DNA of 64,000 nucleotides from Eledone cirrhosa. Lineage: Eukaryota. The stretch is from assembly GCA_964016885.1 (NCBI GenBank), contig OZ024742.1, forward strand, positions 138,074,001 through 138,138,000, in the 5' to 3' direction. Positions 25,941 to 39,470 of the stretch are shown here, in pieces. Numbering within the stretch: position 1 is the first letter of the stretch; each line of letters opens with the position of its first letter. Under the pieces are notes generated by a model. The model made no database searches, was not told where the DNA came from, and saw only the letters and a list, made by a program, of their open reading frames with translations. The position numbers and the translations under genes are program-made.

Positions 25941-25948
<8 letters not shown>
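25616..25948. mobile_element. Fold-back insert, 115-bp arms plus left tail
   Basis: 25714-25828 pairs with 25834-25948 (5-nt centre); (TA)n on both sides. Confidence 0.85.
25831..25899 (+). ncRNA. Type I hammerhead motif; mirror copy at about 25763-25831 on minus
   Basis: TTTTAT-CTGACGA-GGACGTACTG..CAGTACCTTC-GAAA-TATATA-TA-ATAAAA. Confidence 0.85.
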
Positions 25949-26000
<52 letters not shown>

Positions 26001-26094
26001 AGGGAGTGTAAGTTGGAGTTACTGTGGGTTCACCCGGGTGAGCACTCGATGTCTAGGTTCACCTCAGTCTCGAGGAGTAGAGCTTTTCACTATA

Positions 26095-28231
26095 TATATT
26101 TCTAGGGTGGGTAAAATTCCCGATATCCATGGACGAGTTCTCTCCAGCGGTCTCTGTCCCTCATTATCGCTGCCATGTCTCCAACAGACCAGTGTCTGTC
26201 CTTAGGGCATCAACATACGTTAACCTTGGTCTTCCTCTTCCAGTGTGTCCATGTATGGGTTCTCACTGAGTGCAATGTCAACTTTGGATGTCAGTGAGCA
26301 TGTCCAGCTAACCTCAGTCCCCTCTGTGTCACTTTTGAGCTGACTTTTGGGAGGCTCCCATATAACTCTGAGTTGTTCAGAGCCATCCTCAGCATTCTCG
26401 TGTAGCAGCCATCCACCATCTGAGTGAGTTTCTTGGTCAGTATCCAAGTCTCAGAACGGTACAACAGCACAAACTCCACTACAGCAATGAAGAGGCGGAT
26501 TTTCAGGTCTTTACGAAGGTTCGACTTCTACACCGATCTCAAGCTGTGGCACGCCGCCCAGGATTTTCCCTTCCTCTCAACCACATCATATTCCGTATTC
26601 CCAATCTTTGCTCCCAAATACAGTAAGCCCTCAACCAATTCTAGCGGCTTCCCCTCTACATTAGTCATCCCCTCTGGCTTCTCAACATTCTCTACCATAT
26701 ATTTTGTTTTAGTCTCATTCATTCTCAGCCCCACACTCATCGACACAATCTGAACCTCCTGCATCAAAACCTCTGCCTCCATCACTGTATTTGTCACCAA
26801 AACTATGTCGTCGGCAAATTCAGCATGCGATATCTTTTTCGCCTTAACTCCTCTGCTCTGAGCCGGTGCTACAGTAAAGCTAGAGTCCTGGTTTTTCTCC
26901 AGTGCAAGGCGCATACAATAGTCCTCGACGATGATAAAAAGGTAGCGAGCCAATGTATCTCCCTGGAGCACTCCAGCCAGTATCTCAAAGAACTCTGTCA
27001 TCGCATCAGGTGTAATGACTTGGGCTTTGGTGTTGGTGTAGAGTAGTGATATCAGGTCCACTATCTTCTTGGGGATTCCATAAGCCTGTAAGATCTTCAT
27101 TAGGCAGTGACGGTCCACAGAATCAAAGGCTTTCCTTGTTATGAGTGAAGTCCGGGTGAGCTTAAGAAAGAGCAAGGCTCAACCCCGGAGAGCAATCTGG
27201 GAAGCTTTCAAGGAAGATGATAAGCTACAAAAGAACTTCACAGTGGAAGTGAGGAACAGGTTCAGTGCTCTGGGTGGAGAGACAGAGGAGAGATAGATTG
27301 GATGGGCTGATGAGAGTGTGAAGAGGAGGTACGGGCACTTCACCAATGCAGTGGCGGAAGCAAGTGAGACGCTGGTGCAGAGGAGAATGAACAAAAGGAA
27401 GCTCGTCAGCTCTGCAGACCTAAAAGTGTGTGCAGCCAGAGAACACCTGAAAGCTGCCAAGGACCAATTCTATGCTGATCCTACGGAGGAGAGGATGGAG
27501 ACTGTGGAGGTGATGAGGGAAGAACTATGTACCGCTTACACTGAGGCCAGAGAGGAGGCACTGATAGAGAGCATCAGAAGTGTGGAGAGAGCGGTTAACA
27601 GGTCTGGATGTAAGGAGAGCTGGATGATGATCAACGAGATCACAGGGAGGAAGTGAAGTTGTACGAGTCAGATCCAGGGAACAGGGCCTGAGGATAGGAA
27701 GAGGAAATGGCTAGACCATTTCAGGACCCTACTAGGAGAGCCGCCCTCCACAGCCCAGAGCACTGGGGAGATCAGGCGACTGTTTGAAGAGCTGGATATT
27801 GAGACAGAGCCCTTCACCAGAGAGGAGTTTCAGAGAGCCAAGAAGAAGATCAAGGAGGGCAAGGCTCATGGAGAAGATGGGGTGGCATCAGAGGTGATGA
27901 AGAGGTGTGATTTTGATATCATCCTGGGGTTCTGTAACCAGGCACTGGAGAAAGGAGTTGCCCCGAATCAGTGGAGGATCAGTAACATCGTCCCAGTGCC
28001 AAAGAAGGGAGATCTCTCTAACACTAACATCTACAGGGGGATCTCACTGACGTCACTTGTGGCAAATACTCTCAACAGGATGATTCTTAACAGCCTGAGA
28101 TGGAGAAGAAGCTCAGGGACAGCCAGAACGGCTTCAGAGAGGGAAGATCAACCACCAGTCACATCCTGATGTTGAGGAGGATACTAGAGTGAGCTAGAGC
28201 AAAGTGTGTTCCTGCGGTCATGGTTTTCATT

Positions 28232-28235
<4 letters not shown>
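26095..28235 (-). mobile_element. RTE-type LINE with inverted 5' half
   Basis: Minus 26102-27136 encodes RKAFDSV, GVLQGDTL, FADD, YLG; plus 27135-28235 encodes the upstream part (VPVPKKGD, YRGISL, QNGFR, VFID). Confidence 0.85.
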
Positions 28236-28267
<32 letters not shown>

Positions 28268-28283
28268 TAAAATAACAGATTAA

Positions 28284-28334
28284 AGTTTAAGCAAAGAATC
28301 GCTGCTTTCACCCTTAACGGGATCTTCTGAAACT
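28284..28334 (-). ncRNA. Hammerhead-like motif, CAGAAGA core
   Basis: AGTTT-CAGAAGA-T-CCC-GTTAA-GGG-T-GAAA-GCA..TGC-TT-AAACT; all three stems pair. Confidence 0.7.
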
Positions 28335-29258
28335 AACAAAGTCAATCTGTAAACGCAGAACTGGATATTTCAAAAAACGTTGCAACCGGAGGAAGACAGG
28401 AAGACTATACTTTGGTTCGTGGAAACGTTCGCTGGCAAAGAACGGGAAAAAACGAATAATACGTCATTAATAGGAGCGGTGAAAAACAATTACGCGCAAA
28501 GACAGAACCACGTTTATGGTATAAAAGAGGTCGTAGACTAATGTTCTCTTAGGTGATGCATAGAGACGTTCTCTGGCAATGAACGAAAAAACGAAGATAA
28601 TAAGTCATATGTGGAGCGTGGAGAACAATAGTACGCAAAGACAAAACCACGTAAATGGTATAGCAGAAGTTGTAGACTAAAATTCTAACTAGGAGACCAA
28701 ATGAATCTCCGCTACAGAGTTAAGAACAAAGTAAATAAATACAATACAGAAGTAATAGAAACAAATAAATACATACACGCAAACAGTTACGTACATACAC
28801 AAGCATACGCAAAACCTTACCATAGGTATACAAAACCACGCACATATAAATATGTGTGTGTATGCTTGTGTACAAATAAATAAATAATTATATAAACGTA
28901 TATAAGTAAATAAATACGTATATAACAAGCTCACACACATACCTACAAATAAATACACGAGTGTTCGGAGACGTAAGTCAACTAAAACAAGAAGTACACA
29001 TATACACACACCCACCATACGTACGAACCTGCATACTCACGCAGACGCAAAACTCCCGTATACACATAGCCAAACCCTAAATACCAGAATATGTAAAAAT
29101 TATACGCCATAACAGTCAAATATACGTACGAGAAGGTATACATACCTTCACAAAACATACGGGTAATATATAGTTACCTATGCAAATAAGTAAAGGAATA
29201 AACAAAACATATACTTAGCTCCCACATCAAAACGTAAAATATCCACGTATAGATCGTG

Positions 29259-30890
29259 CTATCCGTTAGGGTATAACGTGGGGCTGTAATACAGGAAAGT
29301 TTTGTGCAATTTATGTTTACAAGCCGAAATTGCCTCAGAGTTTTTGTTTAAGATGTGGTCTGTGGCGTAGAGTATTTCCAGGGCCTCAGCGGCGCAGAGG
29401 TCAAATGGTCTTTTATTTCCGTTATACGATCTATCCCTAGCTAGGATCTCCCAGTGTAACTTATATTGGGTGTGGTTGTCTTTTAGACTCCAGATATAAG
29501 CTGAAAGTGACGTCATATTCCTTCTTAGAGGGTAACGAAAAGAATGGGTATGCATGTAAAGACGCTGCTTGAAACTATTGGCGGTTAACCCTATGTAGGC
29601 CCTACGGGACGTGGGTATTTCAACCTTACATTTGTAGACAATGTTACTAGAGAGGCATTTCCCGGATAGGGGGCAATCAGCCCGATTCCTACAATTACAG
29701 TTAGTACTAACTACAGGGTTGCACGTGTTCCTACGGCTAGGTAGTTTAGCTAAATTTGAAGCTGTGATGTTATGTGCAAGGTTAGGAGTCGTAGAGTAAG
29801 AAATTTTAATAGTATTTCTATTAAAAATTTTACTATATTTATGTGTAGGGGGAAAATGCTTCGTAATAAGGGAAAGAAAGATCTTAGCTAATGGTGTGGC
29901 CACCTCCATATTATATGGTGGGTTAAACCAACAAATGCGACGGGATCTATTTCTTCTAGGTCTATTTTCGTACTCTGTATATGCTACCTTATCGACAAAT
30001 CCACTTCGAGCAAGAGCTTCATTGTAATAAGTGGAATGGTCGTTGAAAATGCGCTCGTTGGTGGAAAGACGGGAAAGCCTCAACGAAACGTTTTTTACCA
30101 GGTTCTTGGTTATGCTGGCAGGATGGTTGGAATGCTTACTTATGTAATTAAGCGTATCATTCGGCTTTCTATACGGGTAATACAACCCATTCAATAAATT
30201 GAGGGTAACGTCGAGGTAATTAACGACCGAGAGATTGGCCTCAACCTGTATAGAGAGGTTGAAGCCTTTAAAGAAGGCTGTGAGTTCTTTTCTGAACCTG
30301 TCGCAAGCACGAGGTCCGCACTTAGTCATGGTCAAAAGACCATCGCCACGGTACAAACCACCGCCCGCATTGGCGAATTCGTCCTTGATAGAGAAAAGAA
30401 GGAAAAGGCCAATAAGATCAGTAACCTCCGCAGAGTCACTGGCGCCCATACTCACGTCGAATGGGGGTACTATTGGATTTTGTAATCCAAATAGAGTCGT
30501 CGAAATTAATCACCGACTTTCGGGCATTAAGGATGACATCAACTTCGAAATCCTTAACCACTGTGAGTGTTTTAGCGAAATTGATAGCTCTAAGGAGAAG
30601 TGGTAAAGTGATGGAGGAGTAGTAATTGTTGATGTCGAATTGGATAAAACGGCAATGTTCCTTGTTACATATGCCGTTGAACCAATCAATCACCGCGAAA
30701 GAATTGTTCCACAGCGCGAGAGGGCCAAACTTCTAATTTCAGGTATAATTCTATCAAGAATCGTTTTACTAAGTCTACCTAAATCGGACTTCGTAGGGTT
30801 AATAAGCCGAATAGAGGGGTTGTTCGGAAAATTGGATTTGTGATCCTTCAGGGTAAAGTGGGGAGAGATAGGGTCCAGAGGTTCGGTCCT
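29259..30890 (-). pseudogene. PLE RT + GIY-YIG endonuclease, frameshifted
   Basis: TLKDHK, RLINP, FDINNYYSSI, MGASD, YRGDG (from YRDD), NYLDV, WFNPP, CNC, IVY...YIG. Confidence 0.9.
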
Positions 30891-31764
30891 GTCCTATTCC
30901 TTTACTTATTTGCATAGGTAAGGATATATTACCCGTATGTTTTGTGAAGGTATGTATACCTTCTCGTACGTATATTTAACTGTTATGGCGTATAATTTTT
31001 ACATATTCTGGTATTTAGGGTTTGGCTATGTGTATACGGGAGTTTTGCGTCTGCGTGAGTATGCAGGTTCGTACGTATGGTGGGTGTGTGTATATGTGTA
31101 CTTCTTGTTTTAGTTGACTTACGTCTCCGAACACTCGTGTATTTATTTGTAGGTATGTGTGTGAGCTTGTTATATACGTATTTATTTACTTATATACGTT
31201 TATATAATTATTTATTTATTTGTACACAAGCATACACACACACACATATTTATATGTGCGTGGTTTTGTATACCTATGGTAAGGTTTTGCGTATGCTTGT
31301 GTATGTACGTAACTGTTTGCGTGTATGTATTTATTTGTTTCCATTACTTCTGTATTGTATTTATTTACTTTGTACTTAACTCTGTAGCGGAGGTTCATTT
31401 GGTCTCCTAGTTAGAATTTTAGTCTACAACTTCTGCTATACCATTTACGTGGTTTTGTCCTTGCGTGCTATTGTTCTCCACGCTCCACATATGACTTATT
31501 ATCTTCGTTTTTTCGTTCATTGCCAGAGAACGTCTCTATGCACCACCTAAGAGAACATTAGTCTACGACCTCTTTTATACCATACACGTGGTTCTGTCTT
31601 TGCGCGTAAATGTTTTTCACCGCTCCTATTAATGACGTATTATTCGTTTTTTCCCGTTCTTTGCCAGCGAACGTTTCCACGAACCAAAGTATCGTCTTCC
31701 TGTCTTCCTCCGGTTGCAATGTTTTTTGAAATATCCATTTCTGCGTTTACAGATTGACTTTGTT

Positions 31765-31815
31765 AGTTTCAGAAGATCCCGTTAATGGTGAAAGCACCGA
31801 TTCTTTGCTTAAAGT
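31765..31815 (+). ncRNA. Inverted-arm copy of the CAGAAGA motif, 3 substitutions
   Basis: AGTTT-CAGAAGA-TCCCGTTAATGGT-GAAA-GCACCGATTCTTTGC-TT-AAAGT. Confidence 0.6.
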
Positions 31816-31921
31816 TTAATCTATTATTTTAATAAATATTTGCTCTACGGTTCTTATATATTTGATATATATTTTCCTTATCGAGCCCTCTTTGGATTTT
31901 AGTCTTCAATTTTATTATTAT

Positions 31922-32023
<102 letters not shown>

Positions 32024-32654
32024 ATATTGGGGTGCTGTGTGGGGGTGTACGTATTTGTCTATTTGTGAGTATTCGTAAGTGCATGTGTGGCTGTAGGTGT
32101 ATTTGTAGATGTTTCTGTCTGCCAAACTATTCATCCTTCACCGACATATTTCTGTGTTACGGACAGGCATTTGTATTTATATTGAAACATTTTAGCAAAA
32201 TAGAAACGAGATTCTCTGATATTTTGAGGACTATGAAAACAAGTAAAATTATAATGAAGATCTCTCCATACAAAGACACAACTATTCCATCATCTTTCCT
32301 CAAAATCAAGAGTCATACAAATATTATAAGAGTACAATAGCACCACTATAATAATTTAAATTTGGAAAATATCTAATTAAAATTGTACTGTCGTGTAAAT
32401 GTAAATAGGTCACTTTAAAACATAACAGCGTTCACAAAGTTTCAATGTAATATTTTGATAGAAGATATGTTCTGTTTACATCATTAATTTGTAATACGGC
32501 TGTACAGAGCTTGTTTATAATGGCACCAGGAACAAATTCTCATAAAATATGATATAAAACATTACTGTACATTAATATACTGATTAATATCATTATTAAC
32601 TTCTGTGGCTGGTTTCCGCATTATATATCTTTCTAAGCAAGCCCCCCCCCCCCC

Positions 32655-32690
<36 letters not shown>

Positions 32691-32714
32691 CTATATATAT
32701 AATATATTAATATA

Positions 32715-32785
<71 letters not shown>

Positions 32786-32841
32786 CTATATCTATATCTA
32801 TATCTATATCTCTCTCTATATATATATACATATATACATAC

Positions 32842-32934
<93 letters not shown>

Positions 32935-33416
32935 TATTTTATTCGAATTTTCTTTTACTGGTTCCATTTGAGGGAATTATCTTCAAGGGATTTAATCTAT
33001 CACATGCAACCCAGTACTTCTTCGATTATTTTTTCGATCTCTTTTTGTAAAGCCATTGTATATGTAAGCCAGTGAAATACATTAATCTATACATAAATAA
33101 GGTGTTTTAACATTTATTAAAATATTAATGTTCACAAATAACTTCATTGAATTACACATTACCGATCTTCGAACTAATATTGGAAAGTGGATTTACAATC
33201 AATAAATTCTCACAGAAATAATTTTATCGATAACATGTTTATTCTGATTGGCTGCAAACCATATCAGAACGAACATACGTTGAAAGGAATTATAAATATG
33301 AGATGGCATTTACATTCAATTGTTGAGGTAGACTAGGAGCATGATGTTTCAATGACATCCATAAGCTAGGTTGATCACGCCTGGGGATTCATTCTGTTAA
33401 TTTGGATGATAATCAT

Positions 33417-33532
33417 GATGAGGAGGAGGAGGAGGAGGAGGGGGAGGGGTAGGAGGAGGAGGAGGAGGATAGTAATAATAGAAGAAGAAGAAGAAGAAGA
33501 AGAAGAAGAAGAAGAAGAAGAAGAAGAAGAAG

Positions 33533-33561
<29 letters not shown>
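33417..33561. repeat. (GAG)n/(GAA)n microsatellite
   Basis: Direct reading. Confidence 0.95.
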
Positions 33562-33563
<2 letters not shown>

Positions 33564-34907
33564 GTATAAACATGCCTCAAACTTTTCTTGCTATTCAGAC
33601 TAACAGATTTATATATAAAGCAATACATTTTGACATCTTAAACGATATAATTACGACGATTCAATTATTATAAATATGAGGTTTGATTATTAATTTGCAA
33701 TCAGAACCGTTTTGTAACTTATAATATTGGAATAAAAAATGTATTGACATTTAGCTTATTTAAAATGTCACAAGCTTTGCTTCATAGACATAATTTATTG
33801 TGTAATATAAAATAATACAAATGAAAACACAATATTTGTTTCGTAATTTTTCCATTTATAACTTAAACACCCATATCTACATGGCATCCACATCTCGAAA
33901 AAGTTATGTTTAATATGGACAGGGCAAAAACATGAAACAGTTTTTATTACTTGCACAGATTTTGATACTTTTTTGGCCAGAAATTATATAATCTGATCGT
34001 CAATAACATTGTTTCTTTTTTTATCTTGTTTTATTTTTATTTTTCTTCGTTTGAAGTATGTCTGAATTTACACAAAACATAATTTGGTATGCTGGCTAAT
34101 ATTTCATATATTATAACCCAACCATCAAACATTGCCTCAATCCACATTAAAACACATTAGATGTTTTCACCTTTTGCTTCTTGTAAAAAATGTAATTTTT
34201 CGGGTAAAAACTCCCATCTTCTGTATTCATATAGCAGGACGATTTTACTAAATTAATATAAAGAAAATTATTTCCTAGTTCATATTTTCACCGTTTCAGA
34301 CAAACATAAAAAAGATCCATGGCAAGTATATGATTGAGCCGTGCTTATGTAAGTAATGATGCATAGAGATAGTTATGATTTGTTACACTAGCCCAACAAC
34401 AATAACAACAAAGACAAAAATTAAAACGAATTGAAATACCAATGTTTAATAATTAAAATAAACCCATATAAATTTAATCATATTTATGAAACAATATATT
34501 TGATGAGAAGTAATTAAGTTGAACAGAAATAAATCACTATTTCTGTACAATTCTTCTGTGTCATCATCCACCCTTTCTTCTCCTTATGATAATCATCATC
34601 ATTGCAAACAAGAACAACAAGTGAATAACTTGTTAACTACACACTCTGTGAGGTTGAAAACTCAAATGGTATAAATAAGAATATTCTGTATTTCAATATA
34701 TAACATAAAATACCAATATCTATTATTGCATCAATATTTAGCATTTAAAATGTAAAGATAAATATAGCCTAAATCTTGTTCCGTTATCAAACAAATGTCT
34801 ATATAACCGTTCACACATTTTAAAAGATGATGACATTTCAAAGTATTGAACAAATAGAAAAACAAATACCAAATGATCCTGGTGAAATACAAGAACAGCA
34901 ATAATAA

Positions 34908-35530
34908 TAATTGTTTCTACGTTTGGCAAAAGGCCAGCAATTACTCAGTGCATTACTGGTACTTTATTTTATCGACCCCGTAAGGATGAAAGGCAAAGTT
35001 AACCTCGGCGGGATTTGAACTCAGAATGGCAAGGGCCGTAACTCTATGCGTCAAAGCATGGTGTCCGACCTTCTACCATTACTGCCAATCCACAACCACA
35101 GCAATGATAATAGTTATTTCTAATATAGGCACAAGGTCAGTAAATTTTGGGGCGGTGGTAAGGGAGTCGATTAAATCAACGCCAGTACGTTACTGGTACT
35201 TTATTTTATCGACCCCATAAGGATGAAAGGCAAAGTTAACCACGGCGCGATTTGAACTCGGACCGTAGAGGGCCGTAACTCTATGCTGCAAAGCATAGTG
35301 GTCCGGCGCTCTATCGATACTGCTAATCCACCGCTCTAACAACAATAATAATAATTGTTTCTACGTTTGGCACAAGGTCAACATTATCCCAGTACATTAC
35401 TGGTACTCTATTTTATCGACCCCGTAAGGATGAAAGGCAAATTGAACCTCGGCGGGATTTGAACTCAGACCATAAAGGGGCGTAACTCTGTGCTGCAAAG
35501 CAGGGCGTCTGACCTTCTACCGATACTGCT
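34908..35530 (-). mobile_element. Three head-to-tail SINE copies
   Basis: Units about 34908-35095, 35110-35335 and 35352-35530. Confidence 0.9.
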
Positions 35531-35689
35531 AATAATAATAACATTAATAATAATGATAAGTTCAACATTGGTCACATGGGCCGACATATAGAGGACAATA
35601 CAAAAGATGAGACAGTGGGGAGTTTTACAGAAAATCCGAGTAAACAATATAAAAAAAGAGTAACAATAAACAAAATAGTTACAAGTATG

Positions 35690-36450
35690 GACATTTTTCC
35701 ATAGCAGGAAGAACCAACCAATGGTGACTCAGGAACTCCGCCGATTTTAAACCATTCGATGCACCGCTCCTCTCCGAATCAGCCAGCCTACAGATGCATG
35801 ACCAGAATACGCCCATACACACGGGCCATCTTCGCAACATTCCCCCCAACATTTAGCAAATGCACAGGGGTCAGCGCTTCTTTCTCTATCCCCACCATTC
35901 CTTACGTGTGAAACTTGAAAAAGTTGATGAGGGTTTGACCGTCAACCACGCAACCTACTCCGCTACAGCCGCCAGGCCTCAGAAAACTGCCTGTCCTTCC
36001 CGACCAAAAGAAGGCGGCGGAGTGATCTCCACGATGGTCTCAGTCGATAGCTTGCTCCTTCCTACATGCGATAACAGCTGTCCATCATAACTCCACAGTA
36101 ATGCACGGACAATGGATGAGTGCATGCAGAACGCTTTACTCTCATCTCGAACAGGTCCATCTGACCGCATTTCCGTGCCAGTATATTTTGTCTCGTACCC
36201 GCATTGTCCTTCGGTAGCACAGCCAACCAAATGATTTCTTAAAGTTATCCATAGTCCACGGCTCGTAAGACCTCCGGAACAGACTGATCAGTTCGATGTC
36301 TTCCACACCGGATCTCTCCGAGAGTGTCGTCGCAGTTGCCGACCACTAATCGTCTATAGAACTCTAGAATGTAATTTCTACTGACCGTATGACCTTCCTG
36401 GTTCAGGGCAGTGAGCGCCTGGTAACACTCTAGATGCCAGGCATACATTA
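35690..36450 (-). mobile_element. Decayed 3' part of an L1/Tx1 LINE related to 4996-9372
   Basis: AWHLECYQALTAL matches AWHLECLQALTAL of ORF 5176-5649; CDDTLGE matches CDDVLGE. Confidence 0.75.
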
Positions 36451-37240
36451 TAAAGGTCTTTGTGTAACTTTCAGATGTTTGTGTGGGCATTTATATGTGT
36501 ATTTGTTGGTGAGGGGAAGCTGAAGTGAGAGAGCTTTCCTCATCTTCCCCTTGGATTGATTGTCTACATTGTTGTTAGTTGTGCTTTAGCTGTTGTTGCT
36601 GCTACTGGTGCTGTCACTTCTACTGCTGCTGCTGGTGATAGCCTTGTTGGTTGTGCGTTTATTTGTCCCGACACCGGCGATAGCACAACGGACGTTTGCG
36701 GCCTCATGCCTTTTTCAGCTGAGAGCCGCATATACTACATTGAAAACTGAGCTCAGCTCACAGAATATAACATCTGCAATAAACATTATTACAATCTGAG
36801 TAGTCACCTATAATTTAATTATTATCAATTGAAACATTATTTAAATTTTTCTAAATGGACAACAAAATCAGGAAACTTCTGACCTGTCATAGAATCCCTC
36901 ATGGTTTTACTTCCGACGTATGCAATTTTAAGGAAACAGTTGTTGGATGTTGTTCTGCTTTCTGGACATTGGCTTAGAGCCCTATATTTTGTTGGCGAAA
37001 TATGTTTGATACCTGTTTGTTTCTAGCATCTTGCTGAACACCATTGTGTGAGTGACTCTACTCGTGATATCACTACCTCTTTTATTTATGCATGTGAACT
37101 TCGTTTCGGTGTATCCTTTTTTTCGTTTTACTGTTGGAGAGAACAGATATTTGGAGGCATTTACAGATCTCTGCAAGCCGCTTTGAGGAAGAAAATTATT
37201 GAGTACTATTATCAATCCACAATTATCTCGCTTTATGAAT

Positions 37241-38290
37241 TAGGCTGTAACGAAAGCTCTGTCCGTTTTTAAGCCTCAATAAAACAATAAAAATATACAA
37301 TATCATATATATTGAATTGTTAATGTAGTCAACATCCTCCTCTATCACCTCTCGTTATCTGCCAGTAAGACTGTTAATGCTACGTGAATAAAATTCTTTA
37401 GGTTTTCAACTAGAAAAAAAATTAAACTGATTCATTTTTTATTTCTTCTCGCAAAGTACGTCGTAAGCCACTGAAACGATTTTGCAAAAATCTGTTGGCG
37501 CGAGGTCCGGGGAATATTGTGAGTGAAGCAGCTTGCAATGGATTATCCCCTCCATATCCCACCAAACACTCACAAACATATTCCATGGATGTAGGCCAAT
37601 TATAAGCTGCTGAAATGGCACTTCACCACCACCTCTTCATTTAAAATCATGGTAAAGTATCCATTTCTCATCTCCAATAATGACACTTTCCAAGAGACAT
37701 TTCTAGCTCCCATAATGCAATGATGCGCAGGTGTCTACATGGTATTTGCTGTATTCTGCAGAGAGAACATGCAGAACCTTTGACACTTTACCAATCCTTT
37801 TTAATTCACGAAGAATGATTCACATTTACGCCCGTCGTTAGTTTCTGAATTCTAACGGTCGAGCTTGCGTCAACAGCGGCTTCAAATGCATAATAATTCA
37901 GCCTTCTAGAGCGCCCTTCTTTTGATTTATCGTGCAGCCTGTATCAGAATCGTAAATGGTATCTCCGTTTCAGAATCGTGAAAGCCATCCCTGCTTGTTC
38001 TTTCAGTCACTACACCATTTTTGTAAGTGATTTGGAGGGATATTGTTGCAGCTTTTGCATTATTACGTTTTTAAAATTCATACAGAATATCCTAAAGAAT
38101 GTGTTCTTTACCTGCAGTGAATATAGTGCCAATAACAATTTCAATTAAGATAAATTTGACAAGATCTGAAAGAAAATTAAACATATTACTGATTTCGATA
38201 TATTCCAATTGTAATTTGGAAGTTAGACAAATTTAAATCTAACTCAAGATTTTCTTTAAAAACAAACGAACAAAACGTTCGTTATAATTC
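37241..38290 (-). mobile_element. Decayed mariner with residual TIRs
   Basis: GDEKW, VWWDMEGIIH and YSPDLAPTDF remnants; the two ends are weakly complementary. Confidence 0.7.
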
Positions 38291-38341
38291 GATATATATA
38301 TATATATATATATATAATTATATATATATACACGTATAGGT

Positions 38342-38377
<36 letters not shown>

Positions 38378-39213
38378 ACACACGCGCGCGCACGCGCGCA
38401 CACACACACACTAATATATATAGAGAGAGATGTGTGTGTGCGTGTATGTGTATCTATAAATCTATGTTTGTTGTTTGAATAAGTATTTGTATGTTATCTT
38501 TCGCGCATATATGTCGCCAGAATTTGTAAACAATTGAGAGAATACTGAAAACCATTTGTTTTAGGCTAAAAATACTAAATGTGGCATTTTCCAACATCCT
38601 TCTACACAGATAAGTGCGTATCGCACTCCACCAGAAAAGCTACGAGCCTATTATTTGACCTGTAACCAACAATGCCTTTGTTCAAAAATGCGATATAAGA
38701 TAAAATATAATAAATAAAGTCTGAATAACTGGTCGACATTTATATCTTTCAAAGTAATTATTTCTAATCATATACAATTTCAACTAATCTATCTCAACTC
38801 TCGTAACACACCTTTACGTTTGACATCTTGTCTCTTTTTATCATTGGCTTATTCAATTTCCTTTTCGAGTATGCATTCTAATTTCAGACCATAGGATCTG
38901 GTTCATTTATCGCCCAATGAAATTTTTCCCACTATTCTTTGACATCCTAACTAACTTTTTTTCTTTCCCCAAATCTCTTTCTATCACCACTCTCTCCCCA
39001 CCCTTCTCACACTCTTTACATCTTCCTCTCTGTTTCACGTGATTATTTTGTAGGATGTAATAATATTCTGGTATGATTTTTTATATTCTTCTTCTATAAG
39101 TCAGATCATACGATTGTTCTCATGATAACGTGAACTAATTATCTATATATCAGAGGTCAAACTTGGGTTTTCTAAAAGTATCTCACTAAACTATTGATAT
39201 ATTTAATACATAA

Positions 39214-39314
<101 letters not shown>

Positions 39315-39470
39315 TGTGGGGGGGGGGCGTGTGTGTGTTCTCATGTATGTGTGTGTGTGTCTGTGCTCGTGTGTGTCTGTGCTCGTGTGTGTCTGTGTGT
39401 GTGTTTGTGTGTTCGTGTGTGTAATCAACTATGCTAGAGCGGGAAATTAAATTCTAATTTTGTTTATATA

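Noticed and set aside
26030-26041. Short palindrome TCACCCGGGTGA
   Set aside because: Too short and without supporting context.
28689-31398. Duplicated ORFs (MVGVCICV.., MNLRYRVK..) on opposite strands
   Set aside because: A by-product of the inverted non-coding arms; low complexity.
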